Below are positions 49,401-62,157 of a stretch of DNA of 64,000 nt, in pieces. Below the pieces are notes generated by a model. That model searched no databases and was not told the origin of the DNA. It was given only the letters and a program-made list of their open reading frames with translations. Position numbers and translations under genes: made by a program. Each line of letters opens with the position of its first letter. The stretch's first letter is position 1. The stretch lies in the NCBI GenBank assembly GCA_951406725.2, contig OX597815.1, positions 174,840,001 through 174,904,000 of the forward strand, read 5' to 3'. The DNA is from Octopus vulgaris. Lineage: Eukaryota.

Positions 49401-52351
49401 TAAATTTGCAACTACCATTCCAGTTTTCTTACTGGGTGGAAGTTTTAAGTTTCTAATCTTAGTTAGTCAGTGAGATAATGGAACTTTTTAGTTTGAATTT
49501 TACTTAAAATTTCTCTAACATTGTGTAATAAAATAATTTTTTTTCTTTGTCTTTGGTAAGTGTTATTTCCTACTTGCTTTTCTCTAGAAATCAATGGAAA
49601 TGACTACTATTTCTTTCAAACTTTGCTTTTGTCACTTGGGCATCAGTTTTTTGAAACTGACCTATTTTCATTTGTATTTCAGATTCAGCACTGAGTTGCT
49701 GAAGCAGAGATGTCATTATTCTGCTCAGTACCATAAATTTGTTTGTCTGTTGCTTGACCGTAACCACTTGAGCATGTCCCTTAGTGGCTGACAATATGTG
49801 TATCTCTGAGCAGGAGTAGTGGGAGGGCATCATAGCCATGTGTTGAGAAGGATTCTTTGAGGTTTGAATAAATGTAAGAAAAGCAAAATTTAACGGAAAT
49901 ATTAGCCATTTTTCATACTTTCTAGGGGTAAGCAAATAGGAAATAACAGTTGCTACCCAAGGACAAAAATTGTGTTGCACAGTGTAATCAATGAACATGT
50001 GACAACAAAATGTTTTGTATGTCATTGCATAGCTGTGTCATTATTCAGTTAACATATCAAATCTGTGATTATTATTTTTGTTGTAGAATGAAGCAAGGAA
50101 GCTCAATCACCAAGAAGTTGCTGAAGAAGATCGTAAGAAGCGACTGCCAGCTAATTATGAAGAAAAACGAAAACGGCTGGAATGGGAAGAAGAAGAATTA
50201 AAAAAGCAGAAGGTATTTCAATTTACATTAGCCCTTTATCACTTAAACTGGCCATTGCCAGCTCAAATATTCTACCTCTTTTATGTTCAAAGTGGCCAGA
50301 TCTGGCCTCTCACATCTATCCTAGAATGTCATTCTAAAAATGAACAACAGCATCATCAAAATCTCATAGCTATAAGATAATGCCTGATTAATTCAAAATC
50401 AATGTGAATAAATAAACATGACAGTAATTTGAATGGTAAAGGATTATGGTTTCCTCATAATTTAAAAAATAAAGTAATTCAGTTTATTAAAAGTAATCTT
50501 TAATTGTTAATCATCATCATCATCATCATTTTATGTCCACTTTTCCTACTGGCATAGGTTAGATGGATCATCACAGTCTAAGTCATTGGTTATTGAGAGC
50601 CACTGCTCCCATGGACTGGTGCTCATGCTTGTAATTTGACTTGATTTCTATAGCTGGATGCTCTTCCTGTTGCCAATCACTTTACTGAGAATACTTGGCA
50701 CCATCACTAGAGATGTTGAAATAGTCCTTGATGTGAGAGACCCATACAGGCTTTAAAGTCCTACTCTTTCTTTTTTCATTTACTGATCACTTTTCAGCTG
50801 ATAATTACTTGCCATGCTACCACTGTACTACAAGGAGTACTTAACTGATGCATTACCATCATCATCATCATCGTTTAGCGTCCGTTTTCCATGCTAGCAT
50901 GGGTTGGACGGTTCTACTGGGGTTGACCATATTTATTCATCCAAGTTTTAACTTGTGGTTTTGGCCAGACTCAGGTTATTGTCTTTGTTGTGATTGCTGG
51001 TAATGTTCAGTTTATCATAATATTACATCATTTAGCATCTGTTTCCCATGTTGGCATGGGTTTGACAGTTTGACTGGAACTGGTAAGCCAGAGAGCTGTA
51101 CTTGGCTCCAATCTAATTTTAGCTTGATTTCTACAGCTGGATACCCTTCCTAATGCCAACCACTCCAAGAGTGTAGTGAATGCCTTTTACACGTCACTGG
51201 CATCAGCCAAGACTATGATTTCACTTGGCCTGATGAGTCTTCGCAAGCACAGCAAACCGCCAAAGATCTCAATCATTTGTCATTGCCTCTGTGAGACCCA
51301 ACATCTGAAGATCATGTTTTACCACTTCGTCCCATGTCTTCCTGAGTTCTCTCCACAGTTAGTGATTGGCATTTTATGCAGCTGTCCTTGTCCATACACA
51401 TCTCATGACCATACCAGTAGTCTTCTCTCTTGTACATCACATTTGATGCCTCTTATGTCCAGTTTTTCTCTTAAAATGCTTACACTCTGTCATACATGCA
51501 CGCTGACATTGCACATTCAGTAAAGCATATTAACTTCATTTCTTTCAAGCCCCCGCATGTCCTCTGTCACAGCCCATGTTTCACTGCTGTGTAGCATAGG
51601 TGTCCACATACAGGCATTATACAATCTGCTTTCACTCTGAGGGAGTGGCGCTTTGTTACCAACAAAGGTAAAAGCTCTCTGAACTTTGCCCAGCTAATTC
51701 TTATTCTAGCAGCTGCACTCTTGGAGTATCCACCTTCACTTCTGGCATGGTTATCCAAATAACAGAAACTATCAATTACTTCTAAGTATCACCCCCGGAA
51801 TTTGGCAGAATCAGTTTTCTGTTCATTTCTTGTGTTTATTGCATCTATACATTAAAAATATTTTAAAGTTAATATTTAAATAGACAAAGACTAAGAAGAG
51901 CACTATACAGATGTTTCTATTACTTTTCACTGCCCCCTTTGTCTCTAGTACCCATATAAAATTCCACCTAAACACCCAATAGGCAGTACCACCTTCTTTA
52001 AGAAGCACTGATGTGCCTTGTCATTTCACTACCACATCCCCTTCACTCTATCTGGGACCTTGCACCAGCCACATGTCTGGTCTGTTAATATATAAAATTA
52101 ATTAGATTTCAGTAACCTCTGCATTTGTAGTGCTGTGCTTTCTCTTTATTTTATCTCTCTAAAAACAATTGGAATAGATATAAGACAGTTCTATATTTAA
52201 GAGATGAGGAATTATGTACATTACATTATTTACACTTGATGGATATTTGTCCTCATCTTGTTTGTTGTTAACACAACGTTTCGGCTGATATACTCTCCAG
52301 CCTTCATCAGGTGTCTTGGGGAAATTTTGAACTTGGGTTCTCATATTATTA

Positions 52352-52443
<92 letters not shown>

Positions 52444-55400
52444 GTCGTCGTCGAACTCGGAATCTTGGGGTTAGTAGTCTGCGCTCTTAACCACAAGATT
52501 CCAAGTTCAATTCAAGGCAGTGACCTGAATAATAATAATAACAACAAAATCAAAAAATACCTTAGAAATGAGAACCCAGGTTTGAAATTTCCCCAAGACA
52601 CCTAATGAAGGTTGGAGAGTATATCAGCTGAAAGTTGTTAACAACAAACAAGATGAAGACAAATATCCGTCAAACGTAAATAATGTAAATAATAGATAAT
52701 ATAGTTAAATTCTACATTTGCAATAATTGTAAACATTATTGGTGCTTTCAGAAAAGATTGGTTAATTCTGTTCTTGATAATTTGTTGATTGATAAATCCA
52801 TTAAGTGACAGTTGACAAAAATACCTTGTAGTAATTAGTTATAATCGTCTACATTCTAAGTTCAACTGCATCCAAGTTTGGCATTGCCTTTTATCCTTCA
52901 GGGCTATTAAAATAAAGTACTCATCATGAAGCGGGGTCAATCTAATTAGCTACACCCTTCTTCAAAAATTAAGGTCTTGTTAGATTCCAGTTATTTATTT
53001 TCATGTATATTTTTCTGTCTAAATAGGAATGCAGTGCGAAAGGAGAAGACTATGATCAAGTGAAGTTGCTTGATATTAGTGCTGTAGATGCTGAGAAATG
53101 GGAACGCAAGAAAAAAAAGAAGAATCCTGATCCTGGTTTCTCTGGTAAGTTTTCTATTTAGGATAAGACACTATTGGGTTGTTGGCATTATTTAGCCTTA
53201 GGTCAAACCTGATTGTGAAGTGAAAAGCATTCCAGTCATGACCATCCTGTCATTTTCTTTGTATCTTTATAGTGGTTTATCTACTACATATGTGGAAAAT
53301 CGGTGTTTGTTTGTTTGTGGCGTTGTTAGCTAACTCCTCCTACATTGATTTAACTTATGTCTGGAAACCTTGTGACATACTTAGATTGTTGAAAAATTAA
53401 TAATATGGCCCCTGGAAGAGACCTTTATATCTACCTCATATAACTAATTTTTTTTAACATTCAAGGGAAATAACCCATAGCACCTGCATTATTTTTTTTA
53501 AATACTCAAGGGAAATAACCCATTTCATTGTTTATGTTTGATTACTTTGAATATTGATATTTTGTGTATCCAATTTCTAATTTTTGCAGACAATATCACT
53601 TTTTTACTTTATTTGATATGTGAGTACAACTCATGTCTGGAAACCTTGTGACATACTTAGATTGTTGAAAAATATCGATAATAGGGCCCCTCCAATGGAT
53701 CCTTCTATATACTACATATTACTAATATTTTATTTAAACCTAAGGGAAATAACCCATACCACCTGCAGTTTCTAGTGACGCAATCAATATTTGATTCTCA
53801 CAATCAGCTGACCTAGTTCTGCATTTTACTACTCACAGTTTTGAACTGCTAAACATTATTATTGCATTTCCATAATTTGAATCTTAAGCATTAAAGACTT
53901 CATACATTTCTATAGATACATACTTTTTTGAATGCCCATTATCTGACAATTCTGCATTTTTACAGTTACACTTTTCCATGACAGTAGATAAATTTTTTAT
54001 TCCACAACGTATTTGTAGTGGCTTTATGCATACATAGCATGGTTTCGATCCTCAATTGCCAAGTTTCACTTAACACTTCAACAGCACTTTTCTCACGGTA
54101 AAACAATAGTTTTTCTGTGAATGATAGCAGTTATACATTTCCCAGATGCCTTTGCTAAGCAGAATAATGTCTTTGCCACTTGACCCTTCTAACCTCTTCT
54201 AGGCCACCAGGGGCTGGAATGGAGATAACAGACCTCCAATGTAATCATTTGTTCTCAACAATATGTTTATCCTTCTGGCTGCTTTTCGATAGTTATAAAA
54301 ACTAGAACTCTGTAAACTAAAGGCAGTTACTGAGAGTGACCATCAGCGAGTGTGAACGTTATTATTGCACTTTCTTCAAACACTTCATTCATATATTTAT
54401 ATACATACAATCTCTCCCTCTTCCAGCTGACAGTTTTTGTACTTTTATGTGATAGAAAATACACCTTTTGTGGCAGTTATAACGAAATTGCTTTCTTATA
54501 TCAGAGTAATAAGGCATTTCAATAGAACATCTTTACCCCCAGGAATTACCAGGTACACCAGCTAGTATATGAATAAAGCTGAGGTAGAAATGGGATGAAT
54601 TTTTGTTTATTCAGTTCTTTATTACTTCCAGATTATGAAGCTGCTACATTCCGCCAGTATCAAAGGAATACCAAACAGATTAAGCCAGACATGGATTCTT
54701 ATTTTAACCAGATGGAAAAAAAGTAAGACTTTTAAATTTCATTTGCTGATTTAGGGCAGATGTGGCTGTATAGATGTGGGGTTTGCTTTGTTACCACATG
54801 ATCTCAAGTTCTGTCTCACTCTGTGCCACCTAGGACAATAGTCTTCTACTGTAACCTCAGGCCAGTCAGAGCCTCATGATTGAAATTGGAAACTGTAGAG
54901 AAGCCTGTTGGGTTTATAGTATGTGCTTATTCAGTATAGTTGTTGTTTAACTCTAGATCGGTGTGATCCTGAAGCCATATAGCATTTTGAATGTAACCAT
55001 CCTATCTGTTTGTATAGCTATGACTCTTACTACATTGTCCAAATGAGTCCATTTTGTTTGTGAGACTGTAGACAAAGACAGGGAAACTTCTTGTCCATAG
55101 GTTTTGTCTGACACTAAATTTGAAATTGCTCACCAATGAATTTTCACTCACATGAGGAAAATAAAAGATAATATGTATGAGAAGTAATTCAATTGAACAT
55201 ACTTCACTCTTATAAAATTTAGCTAATAAAAGGATAAAGATTCTTCTTGAGTTATAGGGCTTGTTTCCTGGATTTTCTGGTGTATATACTCCCCACTGGG
55301 TGAGATGCCAGTCCATTGCAGGATTACTCATTTTTGCCTGCTGAATGGACTGGAGCAATGTGAAATTAAGTGTTTTGCTCAAGAATACAATGCATCACCA

Positions 55401-57311
55401 GGTCCAAGAATTGAAACCACAATCTGATGGTGATGAGTCCAACACTCTGACCACTAAGCCAGGCACTACACAATTGCTGAATAAAGTAAATGGTCAGCTT
55501 TTAATTTGACATGTCAATAGTTATGTTCATGAAGAAATGTAATGATGAATTTTCCTTTTGTCTCCTGTATTTTCTTTGCATGTGTCCCTCTGTCCCTACT
55601 TTTATCCCTTCTTTATTTCTTCTACCTCTTTATCTCCCTATATTTACGTTTCTATGTCTATTTCTATTGCTAACTGTATAACTTTCTCTATACCTACCTC
55701 TGTCTAACTCTATCCCTGCCTCTGTCTTTAATAACTGTATTCCCATCACAAATCATTATTCCTATCCCTACCTCTCTATATACTTTTATTATCTACCTTC
55801 ATCTTTTACTTTATACCTCTTTTTACTTTCTTTGTTTTAGTAAGATTTGTTATTTTTTTTACTATAGGAATATCATTTTTGATTATTTCTCTTTTTTTCT
55901 TTTTTTCTTTTGTATTTTCTTGAAAAAAGAGGGGAAGAATTTTTTCCTGATGCTAACACTTTAGGATTGCAGCAACACACTGACTCTGAGAAAGCCGTCG
56001 ATAGAATGGTAAATGATTTGGAGAAACAGTAAGTTGATTTCTTAGCATTTTTATAACTTTTTGTTATGTTAGCATGAGGTTGATGTGAGTCCTACCTCAA
56101 AATTGATTACCATCCCAGTCACACTAATTTGGCAAAAATGAAAATTAAACAAAAGAATATATGCAGTGCAAATTTTGAAAAACAGCAAACAGAGTGAATG
56201 TTAACTTCCACTTCTAGTGACAGGAAAAGCATCATTCTATCCAAGTTAGAAAATATTTCTGGTATCTGTTATTTGATCATTGCTGCGAATATGGAAACTG
56301 TAATAATGTATGGTTCAGGGGAAAAAATGATTGTAAAAATTTTTTCCATTTTTCAGAGCCTCTGTTTTTTATAAGAGGCTCCAATTATACATGGAGTTGG
56401 TGCATGTCATTGCTTTGTGATATGTGTTTTCTCTGCCGGATGTACAATCTAGAATTGGGACTAAGCTCATTGATTAAGAAAAGGTATGAAGGAGTTCATA
56501 ATGGCAAGAAATATATGTATGAGTTTTATAGATTTTAGCATCATAGGAGCATTATTTTAAAATTTGGTCTTCAGTTAGTGTATTTAACCCTTTAGCATTT
56601 TAAATCGGCCATATCCAGCCCAAACATTCAACCTGTTTTATGTTCAAACCAGCCAGATCTAGCCTCTCATACCTTTAAATGTCATTCTGAAAATAAACAA
56701 TCACATCATTAAAAGTTATGAGATAATGCATAATTAATACAAAATAATGTGTATAAATAAGTATTACATTTGACAAAATAATCAGAATGCTAAAGAGTTA
56801 AAGCAAGTCAATTTGGTGGGTATTCATAGAAGGATTTAAATTTAGCACTTGAATCTAATGAAATATTCTTCATTCATGCAGAGATACAACCAACTGCTTA
56901 TAGCAGTGAGCAGTGCTTTTCATGTTACTCATTGCTGCAAATGGATTGGGAATTTGAGATTTAAGTGTTTTGCTTATGTATGTAGCATAATGTTTGTGAC
57001 AAGAAATGAGCTGTAAACTCTTTCATTGGTAATCCTAGATTAAGAAAATGAACATTAAAAGTACAGATAAGAAAGATATTGTAATACAATGAAAGTTCAG
57101 TATACACATAGTTTTATTCTGATTTGCCTTTTTGATGCATTTCAGGATCAACAAAAGAGAAAAATACAGCCGAAGAAGACCTTATGATGAGGCTGCTGAT
57201 ATTGACTACATCAATGAGAGAAATATGAAATTCAACAAAAAGTTGGAACGTTTCTATGGGAAATATACAGCAGAGATTAAACAGAATTTGGAACGTGGTA
57301 CTGCTGTTTGA
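43387..57311 (+). CDS. SYF2: Pre-mRNA-splicing factor SYF2; join(43387..43413,45993..46082,50087..50212,53027..53144,54632..54722,55930..56028,57146..57311), 238 aa
   Basis: Seven GT-AG exons with consistent phases total 717 nt. The translation contains [43 protein letters not shown] and the family-conserved C-terminus [37 protein letters not shown]. Confidence 0.96.
44270..45890 (-). mobile_element. RTE LINE fragment (endonuclease end to RT) in SYF2 intron 1
   Basis: [37 protein letters not shown] and LLYADD in ORF 44261-44983, plus upstream fragments. Confidence 0.92.
45993..46082 (+). CDS. SYF2: SYF2 exon 2 (KKPAPT...QLRM)
   Basis: Poly-T tract plus TAG acceptor, ATG|GTAAAG donor, similar to human AAQKREQRLRKFRELHLMR. 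Confidence 0.9.
46235..46810 (-). mobile_element. RTE 3'-UTR-derived repeat in SYF2 intron 2
   Basis: Same family as 34535-35085. Confidence 0.8.
50087..50212 (+). CDS. SYF2: SYF2 exon 3 ([11 protein letters not shown]...KKQK)
   Basis: TTGTAG| and AAG|GTATTT, strong SYF2 similarity. Confidence 0.96.
51025..51830 (-). mobile_element. Decayed 5'-truncated RTE in SYF2 intron 3
   Basis: [17 protein letters not shown] in ORF 51567-51758 plus the RTE 3' UTR. Confidence 0.85.
52221..52690. mobile_element. Head-to-head inverted pair of a tRNA-headed, hammerhead-bearing short element around (ATT)n
   Basis: Arms 52221-52344 and 52568-52688 are reverse complements. tRNA-like head at 52451-52494 (-); (ATT)n at 52345-52443. 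Confidence 0.8.
52270..52315 (-). ncRNA. Minimal type I hammerhead ribozyme motif (Penelope-type)
   Basis: - strand GACAC CTGATGA A GGCTG gagagtatat CAGCC GAAA CG TT GTGTT: stem I GACAC/GTGTT, stem II GGCTG/CAGCC, palindromic ACGT stem III. Confidence 0.7.
53027..53144 (+). CDS. SYF2: SYF2 exon 4 (ECSAKGEDY...NPDPGFS)
   Basis: AATAG| and CTG|GTAAGT, strong SYF2 similarity. Confidence 0.96.
53280..54565 (+). mobile_element. Non-autonomous Helitron in SYF2 intron 4
   Basis: A|TCTACTACATAT 5' end followed by (GTTT)n; 3' end has a decayed hairpin CCCCAGG..CCAGG then CTAG|T; no TSD; internal direct repeats. Confidence 0.75.
54632..54722 (+). CDS. SYF2: SYF2 exon 5 ([10 protein letters not shown]...MEK)
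   Basis: TTCCAG| and AA|GTAAGA, phase 1-2. Confidence 0.95.
55930..56028 (+). CDS. SYF2: SYF2 exon 6 (GEEFFP...DLEK)
   Basis: AAG| acceptor after a long pyrimidine tract, CA|GTAAGT donor, phase 2-2. Confidence 0.93.
56588..56797. mobile_element. piggyBac-type MITE in SYF2 intron 6
   Basis: TTAA-CCCTTTAGCATT ... AATGCTAAAGAG-TTAA. Confidence 0.85.
57146..57311 (+). CDS. SYF2: SYF2 exon 7 ([11 protein letters not shown]...ERGTAV*)
   Basis: TTTCAG| acceptor, conserved C-terminus, TGA 57309-57311. Candidate AATAAA at 57502-57507 and others further downstream. Confidence 0.97.
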
Positions 57312-60300
57312 TATTCCATTAGCTTGTGCTGGTTCTCTATCCCTTGGTTTCCAGTTGTAATGCTGCAGAAGGTTTTTTTCGAAAGCTGGTTGTTGATGAT
57401 GTATTTATCATAATTTAACAGAACATTTCATCCTGTGTAATTAGAGGGATTGGAAGTCTAAGAAAGTGGACTACTGTAAATAATGAAAGGAAGTATAATT
57501 TAATAAAAATATTGATGAGATTTTTGTACATGTAATTTTTTAGTTGTAGCAGATATACAGTTTCCATCAGGTTAAAGAAACTTTGCAAAAATACAAAAGA
57601 AAACAAAAAAAACAACAGAAATAAGGAAACAAAGAAAACTATCTAGTTTATGCTGGCTTAGGGAAATGGAAGTATAAATAAAATCTGATTCATCAGATAT
57701 CTTGGATAGATTCCTAATCATGTGAGATTTGATCTTAGGTCTGTAAATCCACAAACTATTTGTCATTTCTCATTTATTCTGGCATATTGGTGTTACTGTT
57801 CTCTTTCCTGATACCAAGTAAATAGAACCTGGAAACTCTACTGAGCCAACAAAGCAGCCTCTATGCAGTTGTTCAATCTGCTCAAAATAGCAACCAAATT
57901 CGTTGAAACTAAACCTACCATCTTACTGAAGGAAGGTCACATTAGTCAGTGTGATCCTATATACTTCCAAAACAGCAGAATGGTCATGACTAGAATGCCT
58001 GTGATCATAGGTCTACAATAATGTACAGTGCAACTTTGTCCTAATGACTTGTTGCCCATAAAATTATTCCAAAGGAAAAGAAAAACTGTATCTGGTTTAC
58101 AAGAATATATTGATATTAAATGGAAATGTGCATCTTTTCATTTCCTTCTGATACTCTGTCTTAGATATTTCTGATTATTTTTCTTTATTGTTAATAAATA
58201 TTTCAGATTTGTGTTATTTTACCTCTTTACTATTAAGAAAATTATATTTTTGTACTATGTAAATTGAAGAAAAATTTTCTTAACATATATTTCAAACATT
58301 CATGGTGTCAAAGAAATCTTATAATTTTATTTATAATAAATTTAACTACAGAATAAATTACAAATTCAACTGAGAATTTGTAGATACATTTTTCTTTTCT
58401 TTTTTTTTTTTTTTTTCAAATTATTCCAACTTTCATTGGAATGTTAAATTTATTTCTCTTGGGAAATATTGTTCTAGATTTCTTTTAAAGATAACTACTA
58501 CAACTTATTTCTTCTAAAAATATATTTAAATATATTAATTTAATATCATATTGCTTTTCTTTTACATTGTAATTTTTTGGAAATGTAAGGTTAATGAAAT
58601 GATTTTAAGTTAAGATTTTAACAATTTACTAGTTTAATTGTTTTCCTAGTCATTATTTTCTAATATGTACTAGTCTTTCAAATTTATCAATAGATAGCAG
58701 GTTAGAAACAGGTGAAGGTTGGTGTCAGGAAGGGCATCCAACCATAGAAAACACTGATCCAACATAAATTGTGTGACTCATGCAAGCTTGGAAAATGGAA
58801 AAGTAGTCATTAAAAATCATCATCATCATCATCGTTTAACGTTTGCTTTCCATGCTAGCATGGGTTGGACGATTTGACAGGACTGGCGAACCAGATGGCT
58901 GCACCAGACTCCAATCTTGATCTGGCAGAGTTTCTACTGCTGGATACTCTTCCTAATGCCAACCACTCCGAGAGTGTAGTGGGTGCTTTTACGTGCCACC
59001 GGCACGAGAGCCAGTCGGGCGGTACTGGCAATGGCCACGCTCAAATGGTGTTATATTTTGGTCAATTCACTGTGATTGTAAATATAGGAACTGTGGTAGT
59101 GTAGTGGTTTGAGCATTATCACTTTGTATTAGGAATAATGCCTGCAGATCAGAATAAGTTTATATTCCATGGGCAGAGTTTTACCGTGTAGAGTCACTCA
59201 ATATGAGTATGAGATGTTTTGGCACAGCTGTATTGGTGCTGTATATTTGGCATCATTGATTTGATTTTGACTTATTTGACATCTGATATTTTAAGCTGGG
59301 AAAGAGGGGGAGGAGAGAAATATCTCTTGTTCATGCTCTCTTCCCCCCTCTCTCTCACTGTGTGTGAGGATCCAATTATGCTTATATGTATGTATAATCT
59401 CTTTCTCTTTTGCTAGCTGTATGTGCATGTATACATGTATGTGTGTGCGTGTGTTTGCTTCTAGTGCCAAAATGTAGTGTTGCCAAAACAGGCTGAATGT
59501 TCATTCAGCCATGCCAAATTATCAGTATCCAAATGACTGCATCCAATTATCTTGAGTCTCGCCACCAATTTTCTTGAAATGTTGCTTATATTACAAATAA
59601 ATGTTCCAAGTTTTGAACCCTGTCTAGAGGTTAGGCCAAAAGTCATGCACCAAGACAAAAAGAAAGAAAAACAATTCATTTAATATATATTGCACACAAA
59701 TATTAACATTGTCAAATGTTTTGGTGTGTGACTTATGGCCCACATGTGGGTTTAAGGTTTTTTTTAAGACAGTGAGACAAAGAACCAATTGAAACAAAAT
59801 GTAAAGAAATACGGTGTTAATGGTAATGAACAATTTTAAACAGTAATTCAGTTCTGAAATTCAGCTATAAGAGTTACCAGAATTTACAGTTTAAATAATT
59901 TTATTTTTTATTATGTAAATTGAAAAGAGCATCATCATTATTTAACGTTCCATGCTAGCATGGGTTGTATGGTATGACAGGATCTGATGGGTCCAAGGAC
60001 TGCATCATACTCCAGTGGTTTGTTTTGGCATGGTTTCCATGGATGGATGCCCTTTTTCATGTCAACCACTTTACAATGTGTTCAGGAAGCACTGGTGAGG
60101 TTACCATACAGTTTACAAGGCTACAAATCATGGCAGGATGGGCAAGTTTAGGCCAGAGGAATAGAGAAGGGTAAAGCATGAAAGAAAAGGGCCAGAGCAG
60201 AACATGACTCCCTGCATTTTATAAGACAATAGGGTGGAGCTGTAAAGTGATAAAAAGTAGTGGTGACGAGGTGTCAGGATGAACTTTTAAGGTACAAGAT

Positions 60301-62126
60301 GGGTAGAAATGAAACAGAGGTGCAAGGAGTGATTGGAGGAATAGGTGATGTGCAATATAAAACACATTCCACTGGATTTAAAAATGAAGCATCACTTTAT
60401 CATTAAACTTTAGTCTTTTTCTGAAGATTTTTTCAGTTCTCGTTTTTTCTCGTATCTTTTAACTACCATTACATGGCAGTCTTACACTTAACAGATATTA
60501 TCTATTTGCTTAACATGAATATATATCAAAGATGTTACTGCATATGTCAGTTATTATCCTTTTCTCTCCACTAACTTGTGCTCAACTTGTTTCTAGGATA
60601 TCATCCAATTTCATTCAAGATTTTTTTATGCATAATACTACAATGTATCAGTTCCTTTCTCGAAAAAGGCCGACATCATATTCTCACATAAAGAAGAAAA
60701 AGTTCTTTGTTTCTTTACATAAAGTTTTAGAAGTTAATAGATGCCAGGACATGTCAGGCACAATCATGACTGTGTGGTAAGAAACCGGCTTCTCAACTAA
60801 ATGGTTCCGGGTTCAATTCCACTGTATGATGCCTTGAGCAAGTGTCGTCCACTATAACCTCGGGCCGATCAAAGCCTTGTGAATGGATTTGGTAAACGGA
60901 ATTGGAAGAAGCCCGTTATATATGTTTATATATATATATATATGTATATATTTATGCGTGTGTCTGTGTTTGTACTCCACCACCATCGCTTGGCGACCAA
61001 TGTTGGTGTGTTTACGTCTATCGGCAAAAGGGACTGATAGAATAAATACTAGGCTTGAAAGGAATAAGTTCTGGGGGGCGGGATCGATTGCTTCGACTAA
61101 AAACTATTTACGGCCAGCTTGGTGGCAGTCAAAATTATTGAAACGTAAACAAAAATAAAAGAATATCTTTGGTGATGTGAAAAGTTAATCAAACAGTTTC
61201 AATGATGAAACCGCTTTCATCGACATAATCTTTCATTTCTAATATCCTGCAACTTCCTTTACCTATCTGCTGTCACATTGCTCATCAGTGTTATCAGGCA
61301 AGACATTGTAGATTGAAGAAAGCAGCAAAAGCGAATTACTCTGTTCGTAATTCTCAACTGAAGTTAAAAGACACTCAATTGGAAAGAAATACACAAACTC
61401 TGTAAAGGGAGACAACGCGTGGAATGTTCAAGCGAGATAACTCATATAATTTATTAATTTTTTGTCCTTTACTTATTTCAGTTGTTGGACTGTGCCCATA
61501 CTGGAACCCGACTTTGAAGAATTCTAGTCAAACAAATTGACTCCCAGCCCTTATTTTTTTAAAGGCCTGGTCATAATTTTAACAGTCTCTTTTATTTTAT
61601 TTTCTTTCTTGAAACATTTAACAACACAAAGTTGTTTTTTTTAACATTTAAACAAAGTTCGTTCCCTTTAAAACATCATTTACCAGCATTTTCTTCATTT
61701 TACGTCTCAGCTCGAAGCGCAGTATCCCACTACATCACTTGCCTGGTCGTTTAGCTGGCCGTCTCTCGCTCCATGTATCTCTCTCTACCTCTGTCTGTCT
61801 CTGTCAGACCAAGTCTGCCCAGTCCAGTCTCTCTCTGACTGCCCCGCAACTCAACGCTACCCGTATATATGAGGCCGTCCAGCCAGAAAGAGAGGCATAC
61901 CGTACAAAACAATGGGTATTTCCTTTATCAAAACCTTGTCTTCTTTAAACTCTCTGTCACCATAGAGGGCCAGAGTTCAAGTGCCTACGGCCATAAACAA
62001 CTGTGCTCCTTGACAGGACAAAGGAAATGCCACTGACCTGAACAACAGGAACACCGTTTCGATCCCAGCTAATGGAGAAAGGGACATGTTTTCTTTTTGT
62101 TCGTCTTATTTTTTGCGTTCGTATCA

Positions 62127-62154
<28 letters not shown>

Positions 62155-62157
<3 letters not shown>

